Part shown: piece by piece, positions 19,125 to 27,485 of the stretch
Layout of the letters: every line of letters begins with the position of its first letter
Numbering within the stretch: the stretch's first letter is position 1
IMG/VR virus record: IMGVR_UViG_3300032116_000129
DNA length: 64,000 bases
Reading direction: 5' to 3' (one strand)
Source of the DNA: an uncultured virus (IMG/VR IMGVR_UViG_3300032116_000129)
Taxonomy: Duplodnaviria; Heunggongvirae; Uroviricota; Caudoviricetes
Program-made: the position numbers and the translations under genes
Notes under the pieces: model-generated
The model's input: only the letters and a program-made list of their open reading frames with translations
Databases searched by the model: none
What the model was told of the DNA's origin: nothing

Positions 19125-19613
19125 TTAGAACTGCAATATTGCGTAATCGTATTTAATTGTAAGCTGAATGTTAATTGCGTCTTCTGTGCTCCAGTCAAAG
19201 TCACCAAAGTTAGCGTCTCCAATATAAGCACCTTTCAAAGTCCACTCTTCAACTTTATCACCAACAGGTCCTAAAGCGTTAAAAGTAATGTCTTTCTTAT
19301 AAAAGTCAGAGTATCCATTACGACCGGTAACAGACTCGTGAGATAAACGAATCCATTCCATTACAGCTTGAGCTGCGGAAGGAACAACTGGATCGTAAAG
19401 AGTAATGCTTACGTCATTCCATCTTCCTTTTCCTTTTAATTTACGCTCAACGTTGATGTGATCTAACACGACATCGCCAAAAGTAATACCTGGTCGGTTA
19501 GCTGCTTTAATTAAGTAAGAAGGAATACCTTCAACGTACATGATGAAACGGTTAGCCACTTTTGGTTCAAAAGCGGTAAACATTATTTCGGTTGGGTCTA
19601 GCAATTCAGCCAT
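19125..19613 (-). CDS. Tail tube protein (T4 gp19-like)
   Basis: FEPKVANRF...LKGKGRWNDVSITLYDP...YKKDITFNALGPVGDKVEEWTLKGAY..DANFGDFDW...LTIKYDYA. Confidence 0.9.
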   Translation of the reverse strand: MAELLDPTEIMFTAFEPKVANRFIMYVEGIPSYLIKAANRPGITFGDVVLDHINVERKLKGKGRWNDVSITLYDPVVPSAAQAVMEWIRLSHESVTGRNGYSDFYKKDITFNALGPVGDKVEEWTLKGAYIGDANFGDFDWSTEDAINIQLTIKYDYAILQF

Positions 19614-19647
19614 GTTAAATTCGTTTTAAGTTGTTACAATTATTTTA

Positions 19648-19656
19648 TATAAATAT
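19648..19656 (-). promoter_or_regulatory. Putative late promoter ATATTTATA
   Basis: Upstream of tube ATG 19613. Confidence 0.6.
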
Positions 19657-19674
19657 CGATCTTTTGGAAAAAAA

Positions 19675-19911
19675 TTAACCTATTACACGTAAATCAGATT
19701 CATGAAAATAAGCCAAGCCTGATTTTAATTTAACCATGTAAAATTTTCCTGAAGGAGCTTCGTCTTGCACTTCTCCGGTTTTATTATAATCAGCTAACTC
19801 TGGAGAAGACACTTTTACTTTCGCTCCTATTTCTATTTTTCCTTCGGTCAAAGCTTTGCGTACCTCTTCGTTAACCAACTTTCGTAGGGCAGATATACTC
19901 TTGTTATTCAT
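19675..19911 (-). CDS. Small SH3/KOW-like protein with LRKLVNEEVRKALTEG leader
   Basis: IEIGAKVKV...KTGEV...YMVKL...FHESDLRVI pattern of a small beta-barrel. Confidence 0.65.
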   Translation of the reverse strand: MNNKSISALRKLVNEEVRKALTEGKIEIGAKVKVSSPELADYNKTGEVQDEAPSGKFYMVKLKSGLAYFHESDLRVIG

Positions 19912-19932
19912 TATAGTATCAGTTTATATACT

Positions 19933-19941
19933 AATAAATAT
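19933..19941 (-). promoter_or_regulatory. Putative late promoter ATATTTATT
   Basis: About 21 nt upstream of ATG 19911, just after the sheath terminator. Confidence 0.6.
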
Positions 19942-19951
19942 GGAGGTATAT

Positions 19952-19985
19952 AAAAAGAAAAAGCCCCTGTTTCCAGAGGCTTTTT
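19952..19985 (-). terminator. Rho-independent terminator after the sheath gene
   Basis: Minus strand AAAAAGCCTCTG-GAAA-CAGGGGCTTTTTCTTTTT. Confidence 0.8.
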
Positions 19986-20004
19986 ACTAAATATATTATA
20001 CCAA

Positions 20005-22458
20005 TTAAGCTCCTGGGAAAGCAGCTCCGGTTGGTAAAATGTTGAAGTCAATAATAATGAATTCAGCGGTCTTCGCAGGTTGCAAGAAGATTTGACCATA
20101 CATAATGTTTCTGTCGATAACGTCAGGAGTATTATTAGTCTCGTCCATTACAACTTTAAATGCATACAAACCTTGACGTTGTTGAACTGACTCTAAATAT
20201 GGATTAACAATATTTAAGAATCTGTTACGAGTTGCTGCTGTATTGTTTTCAAATACTAAATACTTAGTTGCAGATGCAATAAATTTCTTAACTGCAATCA
20301 ACAATCTACGTACATTAATACGATCCAATGCTGATGGTTTAGCTTGAAGAGTCTTTTGACCCCATACACAAACGCCAACGCCTGGGAAAGTAGCAATTGG
20401 ATTAACACGTCCTTCATACAACTCATCTCTTTCGGCGTGAGTTAAACGAGTATACGCGTCTAATACTGAAGTCAATCCACCACGATTTAAACCTGCAGGG
20501 GCATACCATTCAGCAGCTACTCTGTCGTTAAATGCTAACACACCAGGAATAACAACACTAGGCGGTACCCATACTGGCTTATTAATATTAGTGTCTACAA
20601 TTTTAACCCATGGATAATAAGTAGCTCCGTAGTTATTATCTAATGCTGTTACAGCGTCTGTTGCTGAAGCAATATTGTCAGTTAAACCAACGCAGTCAAA
20701 TACAAAGAAAGTGTCTCCTCTGTCTTGACACATATTAGCAGCGTAGTCAATAACTGCTGAGTGCTTGCTTTGAATAACACCTGGCATTACTAACATGTTA
20801 ATGTCTAATTCATCAACGTTGGATACAGCGTCAATTGCATTTTTATAAACTGAGTAGTCTTTACCAGACGATCCATTTAAATCGTATCCTTGAGTATTGG
20901 CAGCAACAATGTCAGCTCCAACTAAAATTCTACGATTTGGTTGAACTCCATCACTTCCACCTTGGAAAGGTACAATAAACTTACGAGAATCAACGGTAGT
21001 GTTGCTAGATAAATCAATTGCTCCAGAGTATGCAGCTGCAGCAGTCGGGAAATTAGCTGATGCATGTTGATTAAAGTTTGACAATAAGAAATTAACATTT
21101 GAACCAGTCGTTGTACTTGTTGCCGGCAATGGTTTCAAATAATTAATATTATCCGTTCCAGACAAATCGTAATCAAATCCAAAATGCTTACGCTTATTGT
21201 ATATTCCATTAACTGTTTGAGTTGCAACGTAGCTAGCAGCAGGGAACCAAGTAGCAGTTCCTAACGTGCTAGGTATTGTATTAAATAGTGCTTGGAATCC
21301 AAAAGGAACTAACTGATTAGAATAGTTGCCTTTTGCAACGTTTTCATCAACTTCAACGTATACGTATTTAGATTTATTTGGATAATCTCCGTATACAACT
21401 GTTTTACCATTGGTAAATGTTTTATAACGATCTCCAATTTTTCTAGCTATGTAATCTGCTGAATTAGGATCTAAGTTAACGTTGTCAAAAGTTTCAACAA
21501 TGTTAGGACGTACGTCAGAGTCAGTTGCTTCGAATGGAGTACCTAATGCTTTTAAATAGGTAGTGTCTACTAAACGAATAGCTACTGCAAACGATCCGTA
21601 TTCAGAGCCTGGTACAGTTCCAGCTGGCTTAATATTGCTAATAGCAACTTTGATTTCGTAGTTAGTGTGAACTCCATGAGATATAGTGTGAAGCTTAAAT
21701 AACGTGTTAGTAGACCCGTTAACTGTTTGAGAAATTATCCAAGGAGTTTCAGCTCTATTATATGTAGTTAAAAAATCAAATGATCCAGAATATAACTCTA
21801 ATACACACGCTGGTTGAGCTGCTAACGAAGCAGATGCTGCTTTATTAAAGATGTTGTATAAATACACAGGATCTTTAGTTGCAGTTGCTTTTTGTCCAAA
21901 TACTTTAGTTAAGTAATTATCGCTATTTGAATTAATTGATGAACTATATAAAGCAGTTCCATTTGATCTGCCACTAGGGAACGCTGCTGTATCAACGGTA
22001 TAACTACCAGATACGCTAATTACTGCAGCTCCAGATACGTTAGATGTTAACGCAGACTTTTGAAATAATGCGGTAGTACCATCGTAAAATGCGTCTGTCT
22101 GAGATAGAATTTGAGTAGGATGAAGAACAGCTACTAACCTTCTTCCACCCGAACCTGAAGCAACAACTGCTATAGGGTCTTGAAGTTTGTAACCGTCGTC
22201 ATGTAAAGTACGAACAACTGTTAGCTGTCCTGAATTTTGTAAATATTCCTTAGCTGTGTAAGGTAAATATAAATTTGGGTCTGTATCACCAAATACTTGC
22301 ACAAACTCTCCATAGGAAGTTACGCTGGTCGGTACCATTGCCGGTCCTTTAATAGTAGGACCGATAAAAGCAGCACCAATATTCGCAATTCCTTGTGGTA
22401 AGAAAGACAAGTCTTTTTCCTCGGTAAACACACCAGGGCTGACTATTTTCTCTGCCAT
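20005..22458 (-). CDS. Contractile tail sheath protein (T4 gp18-like)
   Basis: SPGVFTEEKDLS, FIGPTIKGP, YYPWVKI, VPPS, WYAPAGLNRG, VNPI, WGQKTL, RINVRRL, FENN. Confidence 0.95.
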   Translation of the reverse strand: MAEKIVSPGVFTEEKDLSFLPQGIANIGAAFIGPTIKGPAMVPTSVTSYGEFVQVFGDTDPNLYLPYTAKEYLQNSGQLTVVRTLHDDGYKLQDPIAVVASGSGGRRLVAVLHPTQILSQTDAFYDGTTALFQKSALTSNVSGAAVISVSGSYTVDTAAFPSGRSNGTALYSSSINSNSDNYLTKVFGQKATATKDPVYLYNIFNKAASASLAAQPACVLELYSGSFDFLTTYNRAETPWIISQTVNGSTNTLFKLHTISHGVHTNYEIKVAISNIKPAGTVPGSEYGSFAVAIRLVDTTYLKALGTPFEATDSDVRPNIVETFDNVNLDPNSADYIARKIGDRYKTFTNGKTVVYGDYPNKSKYVYVEVDENVAKGNYSNQLVPFGFQALFNTIPSTLGTATWFPAASYVATQTVNGIYNKRKHFGFDYDLSGTDNINYLKPLPATSTTTGSNVNFLLSNFNQHASANFPTAAAAYSGAIDLSSNTTVDSRKFIVPFQGGSDGVQPNRRILVGADIVAANTQGYDLNGSSGKDYSVYKNAIDAVSNVDELDINMLVMPGVIQSKHSAVIDYAANMCQDRGDTFFVFDCVGLTDNIASATDAVTALDNNYGATYYPWVKIVDTNINKPVWVPPSVVIPGVLAFNDRVAAEWYAPAGLNRGGLTSVLDAYTRLTHAERDELYEGRVNPIATFPGVGVCVWGQKTLQAKPSALDRINVRRLLIAVKKFIASATKYLVFENNTAATRNRFLNIVNPYLESVQQRQGLYAFKVVMDETNNTPDVIDRNIMYGQIFLQPAKTAEFIIIDFNILPTGAAFPGA

Positions 22459-22500
22459 TGAATTAAGATTTAAAGGTTAAACGTTTAGATTAATATTACT

Positions 22501-22509
22501 AATAAATAT
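22501..22509 (-). promoter_or_regulatory. Putative late promoter ATATTTATT
   Basis: Upstream of sheath ATG 22458. Confidence 0.6.
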
Positions 22510-22531
22510 GGTAATAAAATCTCAAACGGTT

Positions 22532-22786
22532 TTATTTAGACGCTGTAAATTCGCCGGTTTGAAGATTTAAAGTACCGTCGCCGTATTTAGCGTTTAACTC
22601 TTGACCTAAGGCGTTTTCCTGCTCTTTAAGAGCCTGGTAGTTAGTCTCTAAAGTGTTTTGATAAATTTTTAAATTGAGTTGTTCAATATGAACCTGACCT
22701 AATTTAGCTGTAATTTCAGCATACTGTTCTTGTAGCTCTGTAATTTTAGCTAACTCTTCTTGACTGATTGTTGTAACGTTTTCCAT
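22532..22786 (-). CDS. Small coiled-coil protein
   Basis: Heptad pattern ending KYGDGTLNLQTGEF. Confidence 0.7.
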   Translation of the reverse strand: MENVTTISQEELAKITELQEQYAEITAKLGQVHIEQLNLKIYQNTLETNYQALKEQENALGQELNAKYGDGTLNLQTGEFTASK

Positions 22787-22875
22787 AAAGTTTAAATTAT
22801 TATTTTTAATACTATTATACTAATTAATATAATATTATTTATTTAATTATAATTATATACACCTTTCACGAAACA

Positions 22876-23844
22876 TTACCAACAAACTAAAATAACTAAT
22901 CCATCACCTCCGTTACCTCCTCTGCCGCCAGTAGTTCCGGCTCCACCACCACCACCACCACAACCAATTCCACCATTACCACCATTACCACCAACACCAG
23001 TATTATTTCCTGCTCCTCCAGCTCCTGGAAGTGATAAAAATGTTGGTTCAAAAAGTGTTATACCATCTTCTCCATTCGCTCCTGCAGATGCCCCTCCTAA
23101 TAAATTTCGACTCCATATAGAGTTCACAGATGTTGTAGGAGCAAATACATTACCACCATTAAAAGTTATACCACTTGATACTCCTCCACCTCCGGCTCCT
23201 CCTTGCGGTCTTCCTAGAAACGGAGCGTTATTACCTCCAGCTGCAAATCCACCGTTTTGTCCAGCTCCAGTTGATGCCGGAGTCTGTGAAAAATTACTAA
23301 ATCCTATTATTCCAGGTTGTGTTGTTGTTGTTGATATTGTTGCAGCTGCTCCTCCATTCCCTCCTGCAAGAGCTGTACCGGTTCTACCAGAAGTAGTACC
23401 AGTTTGAGTACTTGCCGGATATGCATAGTAAACTCGACTTGTATTTACTGTTGTTTGACCTACTTCTGGATACCACAATCCAGATGCTAAGGTTGGAAGA
23501 CCTCCTGCAGTAGAAGCAGCTCCACCCAACCCACCTCTACCAACAGTTACAGCTAGTGTATCTGGCACTACATAAGCTGGTTGTATAAATTGTATCACTG
23601 GGCCAGCATCCCCTCCTCCACCCCCACCACCGGCAGTTCCTGCTCCAAAACTAAATCCTCCTCCTCCTCCGGTACCAGGTGATATTAGTATTCCATATAC
23701 AAAATTTATTCCTTGTGGTTTGTTCCATACTGTCATTCCTCTCCATGGAGGTACGCCGCCACCGCCTACACTTGTATTTTCAACCGTAAACACATATGTT
23801 TTAGCATTTCCTTTTGCTATTGGTAAATTCAAACTTCCTATCAT
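22876..23844 (-). CDS. Glycine-rich adhesin-like protein (paralogue 3)
   Basis: W.KP.G..FV....I..G.GGGGG, P.TL.V.VG.GG.GG, C-terminal GG.GGDGLVIL. Confidence 0.7.
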   Translation of the reverse strand: MIGSLNLPIAKGNAKTYVFTVENTSVGGGGVPPWRGMTVWNKPQGINFVYGILISPGTGGGGGFSFGAGTAGGGGGGGDAGPVIQFIQPAYVVPDTLAVTVGRGGLGGAASTAGGLPTLASGLWYPEVGQTTVNTSRVYYAYPASTQTGTTSGRTGTALAGGNGGAAATISTTTTQPGIIGFSNFSQTPASTGAGQNGGFAAGGNNAPFLGRPQGGAGGGGVSSGITFNGGNVFAPTTSVNSIWSRNLLGGASAGANGEDGITLFEPTFLSLPGAGGAGNNTGVGGNGGNGGIGCGGGGGGAGTTGGRGGNGGDGLVILVCW

Positions 23845-23848
23845 AACT

Positions 23849-24754
23849 TTATCCGCATGTTATTATTACTAATCCATCTCCTCCACGACCACCCGCTCCT
23901 CCTAATCCAGGACCTACACTTCCACCACCACCTCCAGAACCAAATCCTCCCCAGCCTCCAGTACTTCCACTTATAGTGGTTGATGAACTTGCCCCTGTTC
24001 CTCCAGCTGAAAGAAATTGTATTAGATTTTCAATCTTTGCGCCAGCACTACCAGCTGGTAAACTAGCTGCTCCTTGTAGAGCATAATCACCGGCCATAAG
24101 AATAGATGACCCTGCGCCTGCAACATTAGCTGCCGAATTTCCACTTCCTCCTCCACCTCCTGTAATTCTATAAACTGCTGTTACAACAGTAGCACCATTT
24201 TGTCCACCGCTTTGACCATTTTGACCAGCTAAGTAGTTTCGTAAACCTACTTGTGATATAGGCATAGATGTGGCAGTGGCAGCTACTGACCCCCCACCTC
24301 CAATTGCGCCTGCTGTTCCAGCTGGCACCGTGCCGGCATTACCAGGACCAGCTGAGCATAAAGCATATCCTGCTGATTGTGCTGGATAAAAAGTAACAAA
24401 TGTAGAATTAAATCCAGAAAATCCTGCATTAGCTGTACTAGCAACGTTGGAGGATGTTCCTCCTGTTCCACCAATACCAATATTAACATACAAGGTATCG
24501 GGAACTAAATAAGCTGGTAAAAATACAGAACTCAATGCACCGCCACCACCGCCAGATCCACCTCTAGCAGCAACGCCCGCAGTATAAGGAAATGCTCCCG
24601 ATCCACCCGCTCCTGCTCCTATACAAATAATATGTACAAAACTTATACCAGGAGGTTTTGACCAAGGCTGAAATCCGTTTAGTGGTCGATTTTGAGATGT
24701 ATAAACCCAAAAACGTTGATCTTGTTGTGAAGGTAAGTGTTGAAATCCGTCCAT
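23849..24754 (-). CDS. Glycine-rich adhesin-like protein (paralogue 2)
   Basis: Same framework: WSKPPGISFVHIICIGAGAGG...GGRGGDGLVIITC. Confidence 0.7.
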   Translation of the reverse strand: MDGFQHLPSQQDQRFWVYTSQNRPLNGFQPWSKPPGISFVHIICIGAGAGGSGAFPYTAGVAARGGSGGGGGALSSVFLPAYLVPDTLYVNIGIGGTGGTSSNVASTANAGFSGFNSTFVTFYPAQSAGYALCSAGPGNAGTVPAGTAGAIGGGGSVAATATSMPISQVGLRNYLAGQNGQSGGQNGATVVTAVYRITGGGGGSGNSAANVAGAGSSILMAGDYALQGAASLPAGSAGAKIENLIQFLSAGGTGASSSTTISGSTGGWGGFGSGGGGGSVGPGLGGAGGRGGDGLVIITCG

Positions 24755-24755
24755 A

Positions 24756-25700
24756 TTAACTTATTGATATCATTATTAAACCATCACCGCCTTTGCCACC
24801 GGTACCGCCAATGTTGCCTGCTGCTCCTCCTCCACCACCGCCACAGCCATAAGCTCCATCGCCTCCATTTCCACCATTATTAGCTCCTATAGCTCCGCCA
24901 CCTCCACCTGCCCCGCCAGTAGCTATAAAAGGTCTCCATGAAAAATATCCACTAGATCCGTTACCACCAGCTGCGCCTACACCAGCAGCCCCACCATTAA
25001 TAGCAGTTGTTACATAGGCATTTATACTAGCCATGGTTACACTACCACCAGTACTACCGTTAATAGCAGCTGCTGTCTTACCAGCACCTCCTGCTCCACC
25101 AGTTAATAATCCAGTATATGTAACAGAGCTTCCATTACCCAATCCACCAGCTGATGCCCCTAGTTGTGCTACTGTATTACCTACTATACCTAACCATTTT
25201 AAATTTAATGAATCAGCTATTGTTATAGCTGTGCCAGCTGTTCCTGACGTAGAACCACCGGCTCCGCCTCCTGGAGCTGTATTACTTGATTGTATTACCG
25301 CTGAACCAGGGTTAATTTCAGGATATAAGCAAACATACGAAATAGTACCACTTTGGCCAGATTGTCCTGCTACCGCTTGGTTATTACTTCCCGTACCAGG
25401 AGCTCCTCCATACCCTACTTGTAAATATAAAGTTTTAGGAAGTAAAATAGCAGGTATAGAAACTGATACCATACCACCGGGAGCTCCGCCGCCACCTCCA
25501 CTTCTACCAGCTGCTTGTGCTGTTCCACCACAACCTCCTCCTCCTCCAGCTCCCCCGCCTATTACAGTGAAGTGCAAGAAAGCAGCGTGTTCAGGTACGC
25601 TCCAAGCTTGAAAGCTTCCAGAGGTACTGCCAGATGCATTTGCATAAAATACAAAAGTGTTTTGATCTGATTTACTAGGTAAATGGCCGAATCCATTCAT
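24756..25700 (-). CDS. Glycine-rich adhesin-like protein (paralogue 1)
   Basis: WSVPEHAAFLHFTVIGGGAGGGGG...GGKGGDGLIMIS. Confidence 0.7.
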   Translation of the reverse strand: MNGFGHLPSKSDQNTFVFYANASGSTSGSFQAWSVPEHAAFLHFTVIGGGAGGGGGCGGTAQAAGRSGGGGGAPGGMVSVSIPAILLPKTLYLQVGYGGAPGTGSNNQAVAGQSGQSGTISYVCLYPEINPGSAVIQSSNTAPGGGAGGSTSGTAGTAITIADSLNLKWLGIVGNTVAQLGASAGGLGNGSSVTYTGLLTGGAGGAGKTAAAINGSTGGSVTMASINAYVTTAINGGAAGVGAAGGNGSSGYFSWRPFIATGGAGGGGGAIGANNGGNGGDGAYGCGGGGGGAAGNIGGTGGKGGDGLIMISIS

Positions 25701-25715
25701 AACTGATTATAGGTA

Positions 25716-26129
25716 TTAATAATCACCACCGATTGTAGTAACATCCAATCCACCACCTAATGCAGTTGCTTGAGTACTAAATAAACGATAATTAGCCGGT
25801 AAGGCAATATTCATTGGCATTTCAAAATCATTTTGAGCTAAAGTATTACTAACAGTAATTGCTGGTAATGAAATTTCTCCGTAAAGAATATTATTATCAC
25901 CTACAGTTGTATCGCCTGCATTGTTAATAAACACACGAATTACTGATGCAGCAGTTGAGCCGGAAGGTTTAAAACGAATTTTGCTAATATAACTACCGGA
26001 TGCTCCTGCTGTAAACAAAGAAGCGCTTATACCAGTTGTCATTGTCATATCCGTATTAGCTCCAGATGCAACATGACCTATTCCTATTCTAGGAGTTTGA
26101 GTGAAAATTGGTGCTGTGTTTTGTGACAT
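25716..26129 (-). CDS. Small beta-rich virion protein, possibly a fibre-tip adaptor
   Basis: 137 aa between a fibre gene and the Gly-rich trio; variant motif ATAATTAT at about 26147-26154. Confidence 0.6.
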   Translation of the reverse strand: MSQNTAPIFTQTPRIGIGHVASGANTDMTMTTGISASLFTAGASGSYISKIRFKPSGSTAASVIRVFINNAGDTTVGDNNILYGEISLPAITVSNTLAQNDFEMPMNIALPANYRLFSTQATALGGGLDVTTIGGDY

Positions 26130-26153
26130 ATCTTATTCTCTTTTATATAATTA

Positions 26154-27470
26154 TCAAGGCATTAAATAACCTAATGAAACTGCATATACTAAACCTAAGT
26201 TTGTTCCTCCTCCTCCGCTTCCTCCAGTATTTGTAATTGTTACGTTACCAGTTGATTGATCTACCGATATACCATCTCCTGCAGTAATGCTTGTTACTCC
26301 TCCTGCTACTCCTGCACTAGATAATGCATATGAAGCTGTTAATGCTTGAGTTGCATATGATGCCGTACCGGCAAAATAGCTTGCTGCTGAGCCTGTCCAA
26401 GCAGCAAATATTGGATCTGACTCTGGACCACTACTTCCTCCGCTACCAAATCCAGATGCAGCTGCTGATGCAGAAATAAACGTCGGGTCTATGTAAGAAG
26501 CCGTTACTGCATTACTTGCCCATGAAGCTGTTGCTATTACATTTCCAGTAACAGTTAAACTTCCAGTCACTATGTGAACTGAACCGCTACTGAAAATTTG
26601 TGTATCGTTTAAGTGATCTCCTCCATCTCCTCGAGTAATAAACCATTTTGTTAAAGTAGGTTCATCTCCTAACGATCCTGTATTTCTAGGACCTGACATA
26701 AACATACCACCTGAATACGTTGAGCCAGAAGCGTTTTGATACACCCAATGATTGTGCAATGAGTCCCAAAAGAAACTAGCGGTTGCTTGATGTGATAGTG
26801 ATCCAGAATCGTATACTATCAATCCACCAAATCTTTCAGCTGGTTCCGCTACGTTAACTGATATTGTATTCGTACCTACGTCTAATTGCGATGCTGATAA
26901 TAGTGTGTAAGAAGCTGTACCAATTACGTTTAAGTTACCGACTATGTTTAAGTTCTGGTTAAGGTCGTTTAAATAGGAAGCCGTACTAGCAAATGAAGCT
27001 GATGTCGCATTTGTTACTGTACCTGCGGATGTTAAAGCATATGATGCTGTAATTGCATTTGTAGCCCAAGATGCAGTTCCTTGTAGTGACGCTGTTATAT
27101 TAGTTGCTGATATAGTACCAGCAACTGTAAGTCGATTTATGCTAGGATCGTATATTATTCCGTTATGATCGTAATACACTTCACTAGGCCCATCAGCTGG
27201 ATTAAGCAACGCTATTCGATGAGTACCAGTACCTGCCTGTGATCCTGATACTGTTAATGCTAGTGAAGCAGTTTGTGCAGTAGTACCGCTGCCGCCGGAT
27301 CCAAAACCAGATGCAGCTGCTGATGCTGATATGAAGGTTGGGTCTATGTAAGAAGCTGTCTCAGCTGAAGTTGCTAGTGGTACCGCTCCATCTACGTTAC
27401 CTCCAGCAATATATTGAGCATCTGCTGCTGATATACCTAATCCGTTTATTTTACTTATATAAGTTGGCAT
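26154..27470 (-). CDS. Fibre protein with [ST]AS[YFW]A repeats
   Basis: TASYA/SASFA repeats; two copies of the ASYIDPTFISASAAASGFG module. Confidence 0.7.
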   Translation of the reverse strand: MPTYISKINGLGISAADAQYIAGGNVDGAVPLATSAETASYIDPTFISASAAASGFGSGGSGTTAQTASLALTVSGSQAGTGTHRIALLNPADGPSEVYYDHNGIIYDPSINRLTVAGTISATNITASLQGTASWATNAITASYALTSAGTVTNATSASFASTASYLNDLNQNLNIVGNLNVIGTASYTLLSASQLDVGTNTISVNVAEPAERFGGLIVYDSGSLSHQATASFFWDSLHNHWVYQNASGSTYSGGMFMSGPRNTGSLGDEPTLTKWFITRGDGGDHLNDTQIFSSGSVHIVTGSLTVTGNVIATASWASNAVTASYIDPTFISASAAASGFGSGGSSGPESDPIFAAWTGSAASYFAGTASYATQALTASYALSSAGVAGGVTSITAGDGISVDQSTGNVTITNTGGSGGGGTNLGLVYAVSLGYLMP

Positions 27471-27485
27471 ATTGTTATCTTATTT

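Noticed and set aside
19043..19231. Track start positions 19231, 46082 and 60477
   Set aside because: The extensions run through upstream genes, terminators or promoter motifs; downstream ATGs at 19042, 46046 and 60435 fit the promoter spacing and leader motifs.
19911..20099. Short minus-strand alternative-frame ORFs (19911..20099, 13196..13378, 24283..24489, 36569..36760)
   Set aside because: They overlap real genes or terminators out of frame and show no protein-like features.
22787..22875. Extremely AT-rich intergenic stretch as a possible origin or promoter
   Set aside because: It contains TATATTAA but no TTTG at the 20-nt spacing and no iterons; insufficient support.
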